Assembly (NCBI GenBank): GCA_965649825.1
Contig: OZ287694.1
Coordinates: 1,239,197 to 1,303,196, forward strand
Source: Penicillus capitatus
Lineage: Eukaryota > Plantae > Chlorophyta
Direction: 5' to 3'
DNA: 64,000 nt
The position numbers and the translations under genes were made by a program. Position 1 is the first letter of the stretch. Each line of letters begins with the position of its first letter. The notes under the pieces are model-generated. The model made no database searches and had not been told where the DNA came from. It saw only the letters and a program-made list of their open reading frames with translations. Shown piece by piece: positions 38,155 through 51,334 of the stretch.

Positions 38155-38413
38155 CTACCACGCACAACGTCGTTCATTTTGAGGCGCGTTTCTTTTCGCG
38201 TCCCTTTGTGCCATCGCCTCCGCCATCCAACAAAACGACGAAACCAACCCATTTTACACACCTGATGAGAATGGCGTTTTCTCCAATGGTTCAATTCACT
38301 CAAAATGAAACAAACGACGCACAAGAGAAAAACCGAAAACGCAACAGGGTGAAAGACGATGACAGTTCATCAATATCAAATACAATCATCAAGACGCGGC
38401 GTTACGTCACGAG

Positions 38414-40537
38414 ATGGCGACTGCGACACGACGGCTCTTCTCTACGCGATTGGCTCCATCTCTCATCGCACTTCGGCCGCTGCGCCAGACGACTGTCGTC
38501 CGTCCTCGGCTGAGACCCATCGCCACGATGGAAGGAGAAATCGATGCCTTGCTGCCGACCTCGGAAGAACGGGAAGGAGAAGAGGAATCAACGGATTCCG
38601 TCTCTACGGCCAATCCCAAAGCGACGTCGGAAGTTAAAAACATCAAACGGGCCAAAGCGTGGGCCCTGAGATCCGTCCTCAAAGGTAAGGACAAGAAGAT
38701 GGCGTTTTGCACGGCATGAGGAAATGTCTCTCTCCCTGTGATGCAGTCTTTGTCATAAGAACCGAGCCAAACTATGCACAGCCATGGCAGATGCGCCCGC
38801 AACGCAGCGCCACGGGTTCTGCCTTTGTGGTCAATACGGAGAAACGCAAAATCATTACAAATGCCCATGTGGTATGCCCATGAGGTGAAGAGATGCTAGG
38901 GGGGAGAAATGCATGATCTAGGTGAGCAATGCCACTTCTGTCCATGTACGACGACCTGGCAATCCGAAGAAGTGGAAAGCGACGGTGCTGTGCGAGGCAA
39001 AGAGCTCAGATTTGGCACTGCTGACAGTGGAGGAGGATCTGTTCTGGCAAGATGACTTGAGGCCTGTAAAATTCGTGGATGTGCCCGATCTACAGGTGAC
39101 CCAGTGCCATGTTCCGGCCATCGGATAAGCGTGTGTGTCTAGCATTCCATTTTCGTGGTGGGCTATCCGATGGGTGGCGATTCGTTGAGCATTACTAAAG
39201 GAATTGTTTCCAGAATAACGATGACGCGTTACGTCGTCGCATCCAACAAATTGTTGGGTACGGTCTCTCGTAAGGCGAACACGAGAGCGATGGTGATATC
39301 GATGTGGGTGTAGGTATTCAAATCGATGCAGCGATTAATCCAGGGAACAGTGGAGGTCCTGCGTTCTCAGATCTGGAAGGAGGTCTCGTGGCAGGTGTCG
39401 CCTTTTCCAAAATCTCGTTGGCGGATAACGTGGGCTACATCATTCCCTGGCTCATCGTCGAGCATTTTCTTAAAGAGTACGATCACCATCAGACGTTTCG
39501 CGGAAGCTGCACCAGCGGCTTTCGTTTTCAAGACATGGAAAATACACATCTCAGAGCCTACCTCAAGGCACATCTATCTCTTCATGAAGAGTACCCACAG
39601 CGACGCGGTCTTTTCAGGTTCCTGAGAATCGCTCTGGCTGTGTCGTTTTCAAAATCGATCCGCTGAGTCAAGCCAGCCAAGTTTTGCACGTCAACGATGT
39701 CGTGCTGGAGGTCGATGGTGTGCCGATCGCAGACGATGGCACAGTTCAGTTCCGTGATGATGAACGCGTGGATTTCTCACACATTATTCGCAAGAAGCAT
39801 CTCGGAGATGCCATCGAATTGCGTGTTCTTCGAGATGGACAGGAGAAACTGTTGAGCTATGAATTGGGTCAGCTCCGTCCGTTGGTTCCGGTCCTGCATG
39901 GACTGGACTGTATGCCATCCTATTTCATTGTGGGCGGACTGGTGTTCGTTCCTCTGTCCATTCCATTTTTGGAACACGCTTTCGGTGCGAGAAAGTGGAG
40001 GCAGATGAGTCCAGTGCCCATTCTTGCCATGATACCAGAATTCAGAGGGTTCCCAGATGAACAAGTAAAGATCGCCGCCAGGCCTTTCCCGTTGCACCAT
40101 GGTGTGCTGTATCAGATTGTTGTTTTGGTTCAAGTCTTGGCGTCTGAATTGAATTTCGGCTACAATTTCTCAACCATTCGATGTCACACTTTCAACGGCA
40201 TCACTTTGCGGAACCTCAAACATTTGGCGGAGTTGGTCGACAGCTGTACGGACAAGTTCGTTGCCTATCGATCTTTAAAGAGATTGGCGATGGGTGTTGT
40301 GGTAACGGCAGATACTTGATCTTTGGTTTGGAGAGTGGCAAGTCGGTGATCTTGGAGAGAGAGCAGACAATTTCTGAAGGGCCCAATATTCTCAAAGACC
40401 ATGCCATTGCGTTCGATCGGTCGTCCGATATTTCTCTACCTCCGGGATCGTCGTCCGGGAATGGCTCCAGATTGGGTGGAATGATGAAGATGGAATTGAT
40501 GGAACCTCAGAAACCAGAAGACGAAGTGCAGAATTAG
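38414..40537 (+). CDS. Deg/HtrA serine protease with PDZ domains (Deg2/9/10 type), organelle-targeted
   Basis: Catalytic triad motifs ITNAHV, SDLALL and IDAAINPGNSGGP, plus GYPMGGDSLSITKGIVSR and PSYFIVGGLVFVPL. Confidence 0.93.
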
Positions 40538-41599
40538 GATGAGATGCGCCACGACGAAATGGCCTTCGTTAGCCAAGCCTTAAGTGGCATGGATTCTTGA
40601 GGATAACAAGTGCAAGTGGCGAGTGCTAAAGAGGTGACATTTATGTCCCAAAGATTTGTAAGTTTTCTCGCATTCGATAATGGACATTCCACAAACCCAC
40701 TCCAAAACAACGCTCGGATGACGCTTTGCACGACCCGATCCAAAATATGAAGTCATTTGGCATGATACCAGGGAGATTGCTCTTCATGGTCGTCCATGAT
40801 CGAATTCTGTAGACGTCATGGGTCCCTGATCGCGATGCTGGGAGTACAGAACCACAGACTCGTTTTGATGACCTGTCCGTGCAGAGATGCACTTCGAATC
40901 TGCAGAGAAATGCTTTCTCTCCAATCTTTACGTCTTTATCTGTCTTCATGGTTGGAATAACAATCCACTGCCTTTATCGCCTACATCCCTTCCCTCCGCA
41001 CAACGCGGGCACAAGTAAAAACACTCCGGATGTTTGCGTCGGGAACACAGATCCTTGTAACTAGAGTACAAAAGGCGGCCGTCTTTCGCACAGTCTAGCT
41101 TTTACGACACATTCTTGCCGTTCCGCCACCAAATAAGCTCCAGGAAGAATGTCGGCCGATTCGTCTCTGCGCGACCTGAGCAGTCAGTTTTACGTCGGGC
41201 ATTGTTGTTGACGTCATTCGTCGATACCGGACGCTTTGGCTTAAATTCGGATTAAATCTGAACTTGTTTAAAAGAAAATAGTTTCGACATGCAATTCAGT
41301 GTAAACGAATGCATTTCTGATCCAGCGCGAGAGTAGCGTCATAAGCCGCAAACGCGTTTTTATCCCATGTTATAAGCCAAAATGTCAAAAACAGCTTCCT
41401 ACGGCAGATTGGTGTGGACATAACAACAACCTTTAGAGCAGAAGGCGTCAACGTGGTAGGCAAAATTCTTCGCGAAGCGTAGTTGGTTAGTGGCGGTGGA
41501 TTGCCAGAGCCTTCGACGAAGTCGTCAAGGGTGCAAGATGCGCTACGGAGAAAGTCGTCAAAAAAGCGTCGGCGAAGTCGTCACCGGTGGGCATACGAT

Positions 41600-41892
41600 G
41601 GGGTCGGCAACTTCGCGACTGTGGGGATCGACCCGAATGCGGATGGTGCAGTTGGACCAGTTCGAGAAGTACGACCGCGGGGGTTCGATTCCTGCGCCGG
41701 ACTCAGAGGAGGGTGTCCCATCAGAGTTGACCCGGTTGAGTCTGGCAAGCCCGCGCCGAGTTGGATGGGTTACGGCGGGGAAAGGACAACGTCGCGCTAA
41801 GTTCGGGGGCCGACGATAGGGTCACCACCCGGACAAAAACTTTTGTCGACTTCCCCTTTAACCTCTTTAGCCGACGAAAACGCGACTTTTTT
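41600..41892 (+). ncRNA. Candidate Pol III-type structured ncRNA or tRNA-derived SINE-like element
   Basis: A-box-like TGGTGCAGTTGG (41644-41655), perfect B-box GGTTCGATTCC (41682-41692), several consecutive hairpins, T-runs at 41841 and 41887. It does not fold as a tRNA. Confidence 0.3.
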
Positions 41893-43059
41893 CTCGGACC
41901 CGAGGTTCTGACGTGTCTACTAATGTTTTTTGATAATGGTCACTGACGGTGACTTTTGTCTACCTAGGAGTCAGTTCTATCTGCCCTTTGACCGAGCACA
42001 AGCACTAGAGAAGCTGTTATCGTGTTTGCGTATAAAGATGTCGCATCGGCCATCTCCACTTCGCCAAACGAAAGCGATCTGAGCTTAGGACAACGCGTCT
42101 CGCGGTAAAGGACATACGATTTGAGCCGGATAACCCGTCGAATACTAGGATCTGATGTTAAAGATGTTATGGAGCGGTTTAGTATTAAAGAAATCGTCAA
42201 CATTTTCCTTACACCAGATACAATGAATAAGCGACACGCCTCTAGCAGTGTCTTCGTGTGTCGATGTTCTACTAACGCTTTTCAATCCCGATTCAAATGG
42301 AAGGCGATTTCGTGACAGGAACCAACCTCTTGACGAGAGGGAGAGGTTGACCTAGGATAGACTTGGGTATGGTTGTCCTGCATACAGCAGAAGTAAAATA
42401 CTAGAAGAATGATAACCAACCAGAACGAGTAGTCAGGTGATAAAAACAACTAGGCCCACTTTCAGACAACAGAGCTCGCTCGGTCTTGTTCAAATTCGCC
42501 CGCCAGCTAACAAACAAATGAGGTACCAATAAAGAACGTATCCATCAGTGCACACCCATCCCCCATAAGACATCTTCGTCATCAAGCAATCCCCGTTCCC
42601 TGAACCATCATTCACAGGCCTCATAAACGCTGTCTCGGATAGAGTTCTTTCGAAAGACAGGTGTTTGTCTTTATGGAGGTGATGTTTGTTTTTCGACGAT
42701 ACTTTCCATCTCTGGCAACGAATCCACAATTCTGTCGAGAACTTAATAGAAAACTGTGCTGCTGCGAGCCATTTCTAAATCAGAAAAAAACATTCTGCGG
42801 AACATGGCTACAATTAAATGGACCGTTGATATTGTCCGTCCGTCGATCAGTCACTGGGTCAGTCCGTCAGATGGGAAAACGAATCTTCGACTTTGCTTTG
42901 CGTGTCGTCTTCTTTTCGGTTGGTGGAAATTGAACGTGGATTTCTTGTGCAGATGATGTGCTTGGTTGAGTCGAGCCAGGCGGGAGAGGAACATGAGAAA
43001 TAGGTAGTGGCGGCTGAACCTGCGACACATCACTCATATCACACCAAGCACACGTCACA

Positions 43060-43989
43060 TCATCCGGCCATCACTTGGAAGAGGGGTTCAGGCCGATAAG
43101 GCGTGTGGGATACCATAGGCGGTGGCGGCGCCATCGGCATCGAATAGAAGACATCGGGATTGTGAGGCATCGGTGGTGGCGGTAGAAACGGCGCGTTGAT
43201 AGAATCGACCTGTTCTTCTTTTTTCGTCGTCTCTTTCGTATTAGTTCCGCGACGTCGGCGCATCATCCAACAACATCCAATGCATGTGGCTAAGGCGACT
43301 GCTGCCAGTCCCACGCAGACAGCGCTCAGAATCAGAATGAGATCTTTTTTGTTATCGCCCTCGACGCACACTGCCGATATGGATCACAGTGAGGGAAGCT
43401 GAGGGGAAGCAGATGGCGGTACCTTGGTACTCAAAGTCGACAGACGCCGTAGAGCGGTTTGGATCAATATTCATGAGCATCAAGCACCAGTCTTGCACAT
43501 CGTGCAAATCGGCAGTGTGCTTACAGCTCTTGTCAACACAGTAGCTTCCCGGAATGATGACTCCCTTGGAGATCAATCCGTATCTCCCGCGGCTCTACGT
43601 CACATCACAGCACTTAAGAATCGTCGTCATTGGCCGTTTCATCATCGTGCCTGGTATGCCTCTCGATCGATGACAAAAGCTTCGAGCAAGGCACTTGACT
43701 TGTAGCTGTAGTGAATGCATCTGGGTGTCGATGTCAAATCAGCGGCACCACAGGAAAGGACCGCTTTTAAGGTGTCAATCTCGGCATGCTGTCCTGTGAG
43801 AAGGCGTACGGTTTCTGCGTCTTTGTATCCCAGACTACAGCAGCATATTAGATAGGCTGGGCAAGGCATAAGCTGTTACGCGTTAACAAGGTCGTCTTCG
43901 AGGGCCGAAACGGACATGGCAGCGTGACATGACGACACGAAGAACAAAAGTGTGATCAGAAACGCAACGTTACAGACGGGGCCGCGCAT
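43060..43989 (-). CDS. Unknown type I membrane protein A (signal peptide, Cys-containing ectodomain, TM, Pro-rich tail)
   Basis: Signal MRGPVCNVAFLITLLFFVSSCHA, ectodomain with YCVDKSCK, TM LILILSAVCVGLAAVALATCIGCCWMM followed by RRRR, poly-Pro tail. Three introns, one GC-AG. Confidence 0.75.
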
Positions 43990-44817
43990 CGAGCCGTGTT
44001 GTCGGAATTCGTAGAAAGTCTAAACGGGTCGTCCGTCGCCACAAGTACCGTCAGAGCAAACGGCTTGGCGATTATAGAAGCGCAAAAGAGAAGTCCGTCA
44101 ATGCACCGCTGGAGACAAGGCAGAGGGGAGAATAGGAGGAAGACGCTACAAACGTTCGTCGAAGTGGATGATGACGATGATGACGATGATGAGGAGATGA
44201 CACGACTCGTCAGCATGTGGACGGGATCCATCGGAGAAAGAACAGAAACAGATCAGCGAAATCTGACGTCTTTGATACCATAACCTCGATGACAGGTGAT
44301 TGCAAGGCCTCGTGTCGAGATAGGAGCATCGACGATGGCCTGGTGATGAAAGCGGATGATGATTTCGAGTGTGGATAATGACGTATGGACGATCCTTTCG
44401 ATACGCGATTGGTCGACGTGCTGTGCTTTGATGGAGGAGACGCGTCGATGGACGGTTTTCTTCGATGCATCTGCGCTGGAGACGTCTCGATCGACGTGTG
44501 GTTTTTCGTCGTTGCGATGGCGTCGGGGTCCGTGAAGGAGGCACGATGGATGTCTATCGATTCGTGAACGCATGGTCGCGGCGATTAAACATTTGATGAG
44601 AAATGCCATCGATGTTCATCAGCGCCTGTCAACTGTCAAGTCACGTTTGGGGAGGTTGCCGTTGTGGAGACAAACAGCGTTCAAGATTCAACTCAAGACT
44701 TTAGGCACTTCTTTGCCGCAGCCAATAGCCACATTCACGCCAAAGAAACGGCCGCGGTCGCCTGCGCTTTCTTTCCGTATCTTTTCGATATGGCGCGTTG
44801 TATAGCAGGCGTAAAAG

Positions 44818-46364
44818 ATGTGGATTAGGATCCTTTGTTATTTTTGTTGCAAGAGAGGACGTGGTCCGAAGCTGAGCGCAGAAGAAAAGCGGAAGAAATG
44901 GTTCCGTCTCGTCGGTCCGTTGCCTTTCCTGGCGCCATCTATTGGCTTGAGTTATCATGGTGCTCTGTTTAGCCGTGATGTCTATCAGGACATATGGAAC
45001 ACAAGTCATTTCCAGATTCTTCTATACTTTTCTCATTGCCGAGGCGCTGATATCGACGAAGTCCATCTGGAAAGATTTCAGGGAGTATTCTGACTGCAAC
45101 AATGAGTATACAGCAAATGTCACATCACTCGTTTCTGAGTAATCCCTTCCATCGACTGGAGATAGATTTGACCCATCCCTTTACATGTAGGCAGTATACC
45201 GAAGCTGCTGATCAATTGGCAGCGTCCATAATGGAGAGAACGGCATGTTTGACGAGCATCGCGGACGTCGAGTTGGCTGGATTTCATGTTGGCATTGGAG
45301 ATGTTTTGGATGCATCGTTTGGAGATGTATTTGGCTGGTTCACTCCTGGCGAGGGCCGTATCCCGACAGCCGATCTCGATCTCCAGACCAATACCGATGA
45401 AGTCATGAGAGTATGCTTGCCTTCCATCTGCTCCATTTCTTCATCCAAAGCATCTCGCATTTTGCAGAAAGTGGCAGATGATCTACAGTTTTTGGGAAAC
45501 GTTGCCTTTTGGATGCGGATCGCTGGATTCGTCTTTGCTGCTTGGGCGATCATCGCTATCTTGCTCAAAGCTACCTTCTACACCTTGGAGAATCTGCCTT
45601 GGAAGCCAGGAGTGATGGGCTTGACGATGCGATTTGTCGAAGCCTTTCGTGTTGTGGCAGCTTACGTTGTCCTGTTGGGGGCTGTGTATCTCCAAGGCTA
45701 CATCATCGAGAAGTCCTGTGATATCAATCTGAACAACACCGTCATCCAGACACCGATGTGCGAAGTGGTCGGAGAGAAATGCGAGTTTGAATGTCAAGTG
45801 TTCGAACAGAACTTCACAAGTCCTTGTACAGAATGCGATATCCAGTATCGCAAGTGGTACGTTTGTTCCTCAGTGAGATGCCGCAGATGATGGGCGAACG
45901 ACTTAGGTGGGAAGAGCCAACGGCATGGCCGAACATACTGGGAGTTATCTATCTCGTCTGCATTTTTGTCATCATGTTTATCGAGCTGCGGGAAGCGAAG
46001 AATCAGACTAGAGAACTCAAAGAAGCGGAACAGAGGTGCAATATCGGCGCTAAGACGGTCTCCTGTTTTGCTAAGAAGAAAATGACAGGGAGAAAGAAGA
46101 ACGTGAGAGAGAACGTCAAGAAAAAGCCGAACGCAAGAAGCGCCGCAAGAAGAAAACGTCCAAATATCAAGCGCCAGATGAACAGACAATGGATGAGGTA
46201 AAAGCCGATCGACAGCAGGAGTGTCCATCGCCGCTTCTCCTGTGTAGGACGAGACCCGGATTCAAGTAGATTCAGATGACTACGAAGACAGGCCTCATAG
46301 GAGGAAGTCTGCTTCTAACCGCAAACCCAAATCCTCCTCTTCCAGAGAGAGGAGATCTAAGTAA
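44818..46364 (+). CDS. Unknown multi-pass membrane protein with a Cys-rich loop and charged C terminus
   Basis: At least three hydrophobic segments (IAGFVFAAWAIIAILL; VVAAYVVLLGAVYL; ILGVIYLVCIFVIMFI), a loop with six Cys, and a K/E/R-rich tail. Confidence 0.65.
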
Positions 46365-46746
46365 GGACGCGTTCCATAAGACACCGAAATGGCGATGTGC
46401 AAACATTTTTGCAGGACTAAAGCCGCAGGCGACGAAATGGAGCCTGGCTCAAGCGAACGACTCTAAATTTCGACTTGTGCTCAGAACAGGAGCGTGTTTT
46501 CAACGATAGGAAAAATTCGATGAACAGTCCACTATGAGATGATTGTTTGAATGAATCCACATGAGCCTTGCTTATATGAGCAGCACACACATCCACGTGT
46601 GCACCGCCGATGGACGAGATCATGTATGGAATGCAACACCATGGCATTGTAAAGGGTGTGTGGTTCAGCCTTGAGATCGACAGTTGACGCCGTCATTTCA
46701 TGTACATGGCTGCAGAACCGCTCGCACTTTACAGTGATTGCGAGGT

Positions 46747-47755
46747 ATGTCGCGGTTTGTCTCGAGTCTCATTTTCCTCTGCGGAGTCCTCGCTGCCGGC
46801 GCGCTACCGCACAGGTTTTACACTGAGCTTTCCGTCATCTTCGCCATTCCTTTCGTTGCAGGAGCTTGTTGAGCATTTTCGGCAACAAGGATTGCGAAAC
46901 GCAGTTCGGCGATAGCATTAGAAAGCATCTCCCGGCCGGTGAAGGGGTCTACCATTGCTTCCGGAATCATGTCTCCTGTATCGATTACCACCTTCGCGTG
47001 CAGTACCCGATGAACTCCAAACTTCTCGTTGTCATCGCCGAAAGGCAGAGCGTCCAAGACATCTCCCAGAACCCCGAGGATGAGGTCCGGCATGTGTGAT
47101 CCAAAGGCACACCTCTGCAGCCATCGTGTGGTGCCTTAGAGAGTCCTGCAAAATTACTTGGAGCACACAGTGTGCAGAGACTCATCATGCAAGCGGAGAA
47201 TCAATGTTGACTCTTCTAAGCATTACTCCCTTGTCGTCATCAATGCAAATTTCAGCCGCCCGGAATTCAACGAATCGAGCGGAGACTCTGTCGAATATGT
47301 GCTGGACCTCTACGGTCTGTTGCGTGATACTTCGTCATCCGATATCGCTGTCATGTCTGTCTAGGCTGTCTCACAACGACGCAGAAGATTGTGATCGTCG
47401 CGATTGTCATCTGTTCCATCTTGGCAGGTACGTCTGTCGATTGATCACGCTGTCTCTCTCCATCAGATATGTTGCAGTGTGTGGCTGCCTGTCATGTATT
47501 ATTGTGTATTTTCGGCGCAGTTCTCGTATGGCGATTGCTCAACAACATCAGGGCTACACATACAATGGAGGCGATGAAAAACCGATTCAAATGGTTGCGA
47601 CACAGCCAACGCATTCGATGGCTCCAACACCGCCAATGCTGTCGTCACAGGGTCATCTTAATGGGTCGGGTGTACATATGCATACACAGTCGGCGATTCC
47701 GTGGGCAACTCCTGTATCACCTTCCGTACAAAGCTCCGGGGCTCCGCGTTTTTGA
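46747..47755 (+). CDS. Unknown type I membrane protein B, paralogue of protein A
   Basis: Signal MSRFVSSLIFLCGVLAAGA, ectodomain with VCRDSSCK, TM IVIVAIVICSILAVCGCLSCIIVYF followed by RR, Pro/Ser/Gln-rich tail. Confidence 0.75.
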
Positions 47756-47900
47756 TCCTCTCCGCGTTTCTGTGCACATACAATGCGTCTGTTTACATGC
47801 CTAACTGGATGCCTGTATTCATGTACTGACAAACGCATCGGGTGGGCTGGCGATCGATCATGTAACCGAACGTACGAACATTAGTAAACAGTGTGGCGCG

Positions 47901-48538
47901 ATGCCGAACGGAGATGCCACGCCTGAGTCCGAATTTATCGAAGACGTCGCTGCGTTCGTCGGTGCCAAATCGGCAGACGACGTCATCAGCGAACTACAAG
48001 AAAAGTTCCGAGGGTTCAAGAACGACGAGGCGCGGCTCCTTCAGCGACGCGTCTACAATTTGAACAAGCTGCCCAAAATCGAACGCACACTCGATATCGT
48101 CAACGTCCTCATCGAAAAACAAGGAACGCACGAAGCGGTGAGGTCCCTCGTTGAGTGCAACGTCAGAAGTCGTCCGATAATGCAACGGTAGATGAAGGTG
48201 GATTACGAACTCTCGGACAGCGTCTACGCGCGTGCAGATTTCCAAGTCCCCGAGCGTGTTAATCTCTGGCTGGGCGCTGGAGTGATGGTGGAGTATCCCA
48301 TCCACGAGGCCAAGGACGTTCTGCAAAGCAGTCTAAACAGATGCAAGACGAATCTGGAAGAGACGAAGAGAGAACTCGACTTGGCCAAAGATCGCATTAC
48401 GACGACAGAAGTGTGACCGACCTCTTCGGCATCTCACTCTTTTGTGATGGCCTTTGCGGCGTGATATAGGTGAGCATTGCGCGTGTGTACAACTACGATG
48501 TCGAACAGCGAAAACGCAAAGAGAAGCAGAAATCGTAG
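47901..48538 (+). CDS. PFDN3: Prefoldin subunit 3 (VBP1)
   Basis: EFIEDV, KLPKIERTLDIV, YELSDSVYARA, VNLWLGAGVMVEY, ITTTEV|SIARVYNYDV. Confidence 0.95.
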
Positions 48539-48657
48539 ACGGCGACGATTCGATCCTTGTAATCGCATCGCATGCGTCTTGGCGTATACGGACTGGCGTA
48601 TCGTACCGTATATACGACGCGTGTGCGAGATAGGAGGTGTCTTTTGTGAAGCGAGAG

Positions 48658-51183
48658 ATGGCGGAGACAACGGGGAATACATCGCTCTTTCCTGTGTTTG
48701 TGTTGACGATTCTGTCCATCGTCCTGATTCCGTGGACCATCTACAAGCTCTGTTGCTCTGCCTCGTCTGACGGTGCGAAAATATGGGAAGCGGTGAGCGC
48801 GCTCCTGATATGAACCGACCTTCGTTGACCGTCCCTTTCCCTACAGGCCGACAAGCGGCGAAGCGTTCTGCGAAAACTGAGCTCGTGGGTGACAGTTGGT
48901 AAGGCGGTCGACTGAGATGGGTCTGATGAAGTCGAGATGATGTGACAGGGAATGTGCTGTTGGTGTTACTCTGGCTGCTATGGGCCTTTCTCTTGGTCCA
49001 CATCAGCCAAACGCAGAAAGATATGACCCCCTTCGATCCTTTCGAAATCTTGGGTGTCTCACCTGGGGCCACGCCGGGCGAAATCAAGAAAGCCTATTTC
49101 AAGAAGTCATTGAGATATCATCCAGACAAAGTGCGCACGCATTTGACAGCGGTTACTCTTTTAGGCATGTCCGTTTTTTAGAGCGATGATCCTAAAGATC
49201 ACAAATACTTTGCGGAGTTCATCTCCAAAGCTTATCAGGCACTGACAGATCCTACAGCAAAAGAGAACTACGAGAAGTATGGCCATCCGGATGGACAGCA
49301 GGCGAGTGTCGTCGTCAGGTTCCGCCTTGCCCTGAACAGAATGCGTTTGCTGACAGAGTCTAGATCTGGGGATTGCTCTACCGGAGTGGCTGTTTACCAA
49401 AGATCCTCGCACGCTGCTGGTGTTGGTGCTCGTATTCATTCTCTTGCCCCTAACAACAATGGCATGGTATCTCTTTCGCTCCGATCAGTACACAGGGCCC
49501 AACAGCATCATGCAAGAGACATTGCTCCGTTATCGTTATGCCAGACAAAATATCAAGGAATCACAGGTAAGAGGATAATGAAGATATACGACGTACGTCT
49601 GTCTTGCGCAATCGGTGTAGAGCATCCGACGGATTCCGGAGACATTGGTGACTGCAAAAGAGTTCATGCTCATACGCACACCCAATGAACATCAGCCTGC
49701 CTTCGAGACACTGCGCAGATTGACGCTTGATTTTCATCCAGAACTCAAAGAGAAGCCACAGTTCTGGAAGAGACATGCATCCATCGTGAAGGTCTCGTCT
49801 TGTCTGATGCAGTAAGGTGGAGATGAGCGGCATCTAGGCACACATGTTGTTGTATGCCCATCTGGAACGGGCCCATGCTGATGTACCGCCGATTTTCAAA
49901 GCAAATCTCAATTTTGTCTTGGAAAAATCCATCCCGCTGCTACAAGAAATGTTCAAGATTGCCTGCTTGCCACGAAGTCCTTATGGATACGGATGGATGG
50001 TGAGTTGTGCGTGATGTGACGTGCGTCATAATGATGGGTGACTGTGTGTAGACACCAGCTTTGGCCACTATCCAGTGCATGCAATGTGTGACCCAGGCCG
50101 TTTCGCTCTCTGTCCGGCAAACGCAATTGACCAAACGCGATACAAGCGAAGGCTATCCAGCACTGCTTCAGCTTTCTGGAATGAGCGATCACGTTGGCCA
50201 CGTCCTCGGGAAGAAAGGCGTCCGATCGTTGAACAGTGAGAGACGGCTCTCTCTTTGGGAAGTGCAAGTGTTGAGGTCTCTTCGTTTAGATTTGCAGGAA
50301 ATGGATGAAGAGGACCGAACAAAACTCCTCCATAGCTTGAAATTCGATGATGCCATGCTGCGCGATATCGACACCGCACTGCAGGCAGTGCCATCCATCG
50401 AGATGTCTGCAGAGATCTTCGTCGAGGACGAAGAGGAGATCCAGGAAGGGGACCTCGTGACGTGTCGAGTTGGCTGTTCTCTCTACGAGACCCTGGTCAC
50501 ATCACAATTGTGTTTAGGTTCGATTGCTGCTGACACGACGAAGCCATGCAACAGGCGACGTGTCGGATGCAGATCTGGCCGGAACCGGCGTTTTGTGTTT
50601 CAGTCCCTATTACCCAGCACCTCGGCCAGAGAAGTGGTATGTTATGGTCACCATACCCAGCGACAATCGCGTCATCTGTTCCAAACACGTTGTCCTGAAA
50701 GAGGCAGAACTGGCAGGGCTCCGTCAACGATCAGCCCAAAACGTGAGCTCTGTCAGGGAGCATCTGTCCTCCCCGGCATCGGTGGTGCTGTTCTAGGCTG
50801 AAGAGGAGGAGGTTGGTCAGGTCGTGGACCTGCAGTTCCCTGCACTGTTCGAAGGGATACTCCCTGTTCAAGTGGGCTGCTACTCAGACTGCTGGATCGG
50901 ATCAGATAAGACCACTACTCTAAGACTGACCGTGAAGAAAGCAACCAAAATCCGCCAAGCGACAAAACCTGCCCCACGCGAAGCATCCTCCGATGAGGAA
51001 GATGCGGCGCAAGCAACAGATGAAGAAGGAACACCGGAAGGCGAAGAAAACAACAGAAGTGATGGTGACGTATCTGAAGGGGAGGAGGAAGACGACGACG
51101 AGTATGACAGTGAAGAGACAGGTGAGTTGGAAACGGGAACAGACGAGGAGGAATCCGCAGAAACAGATGCTGTGGAACAATGA
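48658..51183 (+). CDS. SEC63: SEC63 translocon subunit (ERdj2)
   Basis: N-terminal TM ([18 protein letters not shown]), J-domain (FDPFEILG...SLRYHPDK...KYGHPDG), GIALPEW, Sec63/Brl region ([18 protein letters not shown]), acidic tail. Confidence 0.95.
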
Positions 51184-51262
51184 TGATGTAAAGGTTGCCA
51201 TTTAACTGCCCTACGATTCGGTCGTTGGAAATGTATGGCGTCGCGAAGCGTACGATAGTCAA

Positions 51263-51334
51263 GGCGCTATGGTGTAGTGGTTATCACACTGGACTTTGAA
51301 TCCAGTAACCCGAGTTCGACTCTCGGTAGTGCCT
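51263..51334 (+). tRNA. trnQ-UUG: tRNA-Gln, anticodon TTG
   Basis: Acceptor stem GGCGCTA/TAGTGCC, anticodon arm CTGGA-CTTTGAA-TCCAG, T-loop GTTCGAC, downstream TTTTT terminator. No intron. Confidence 0.96.

Noticed and set aside
41637-41700. tRNA gene suggested by GGTTCGATTCC
   Set aside because: No complementary acceptor stem, a mismatch in the T stem and no anticodon arm. Kept only as a Pol III-box candidate.
44160-44195. (GAT/GAC)n trinucleotide run
   Set aside because: A short simple repeat with no evidence of function.
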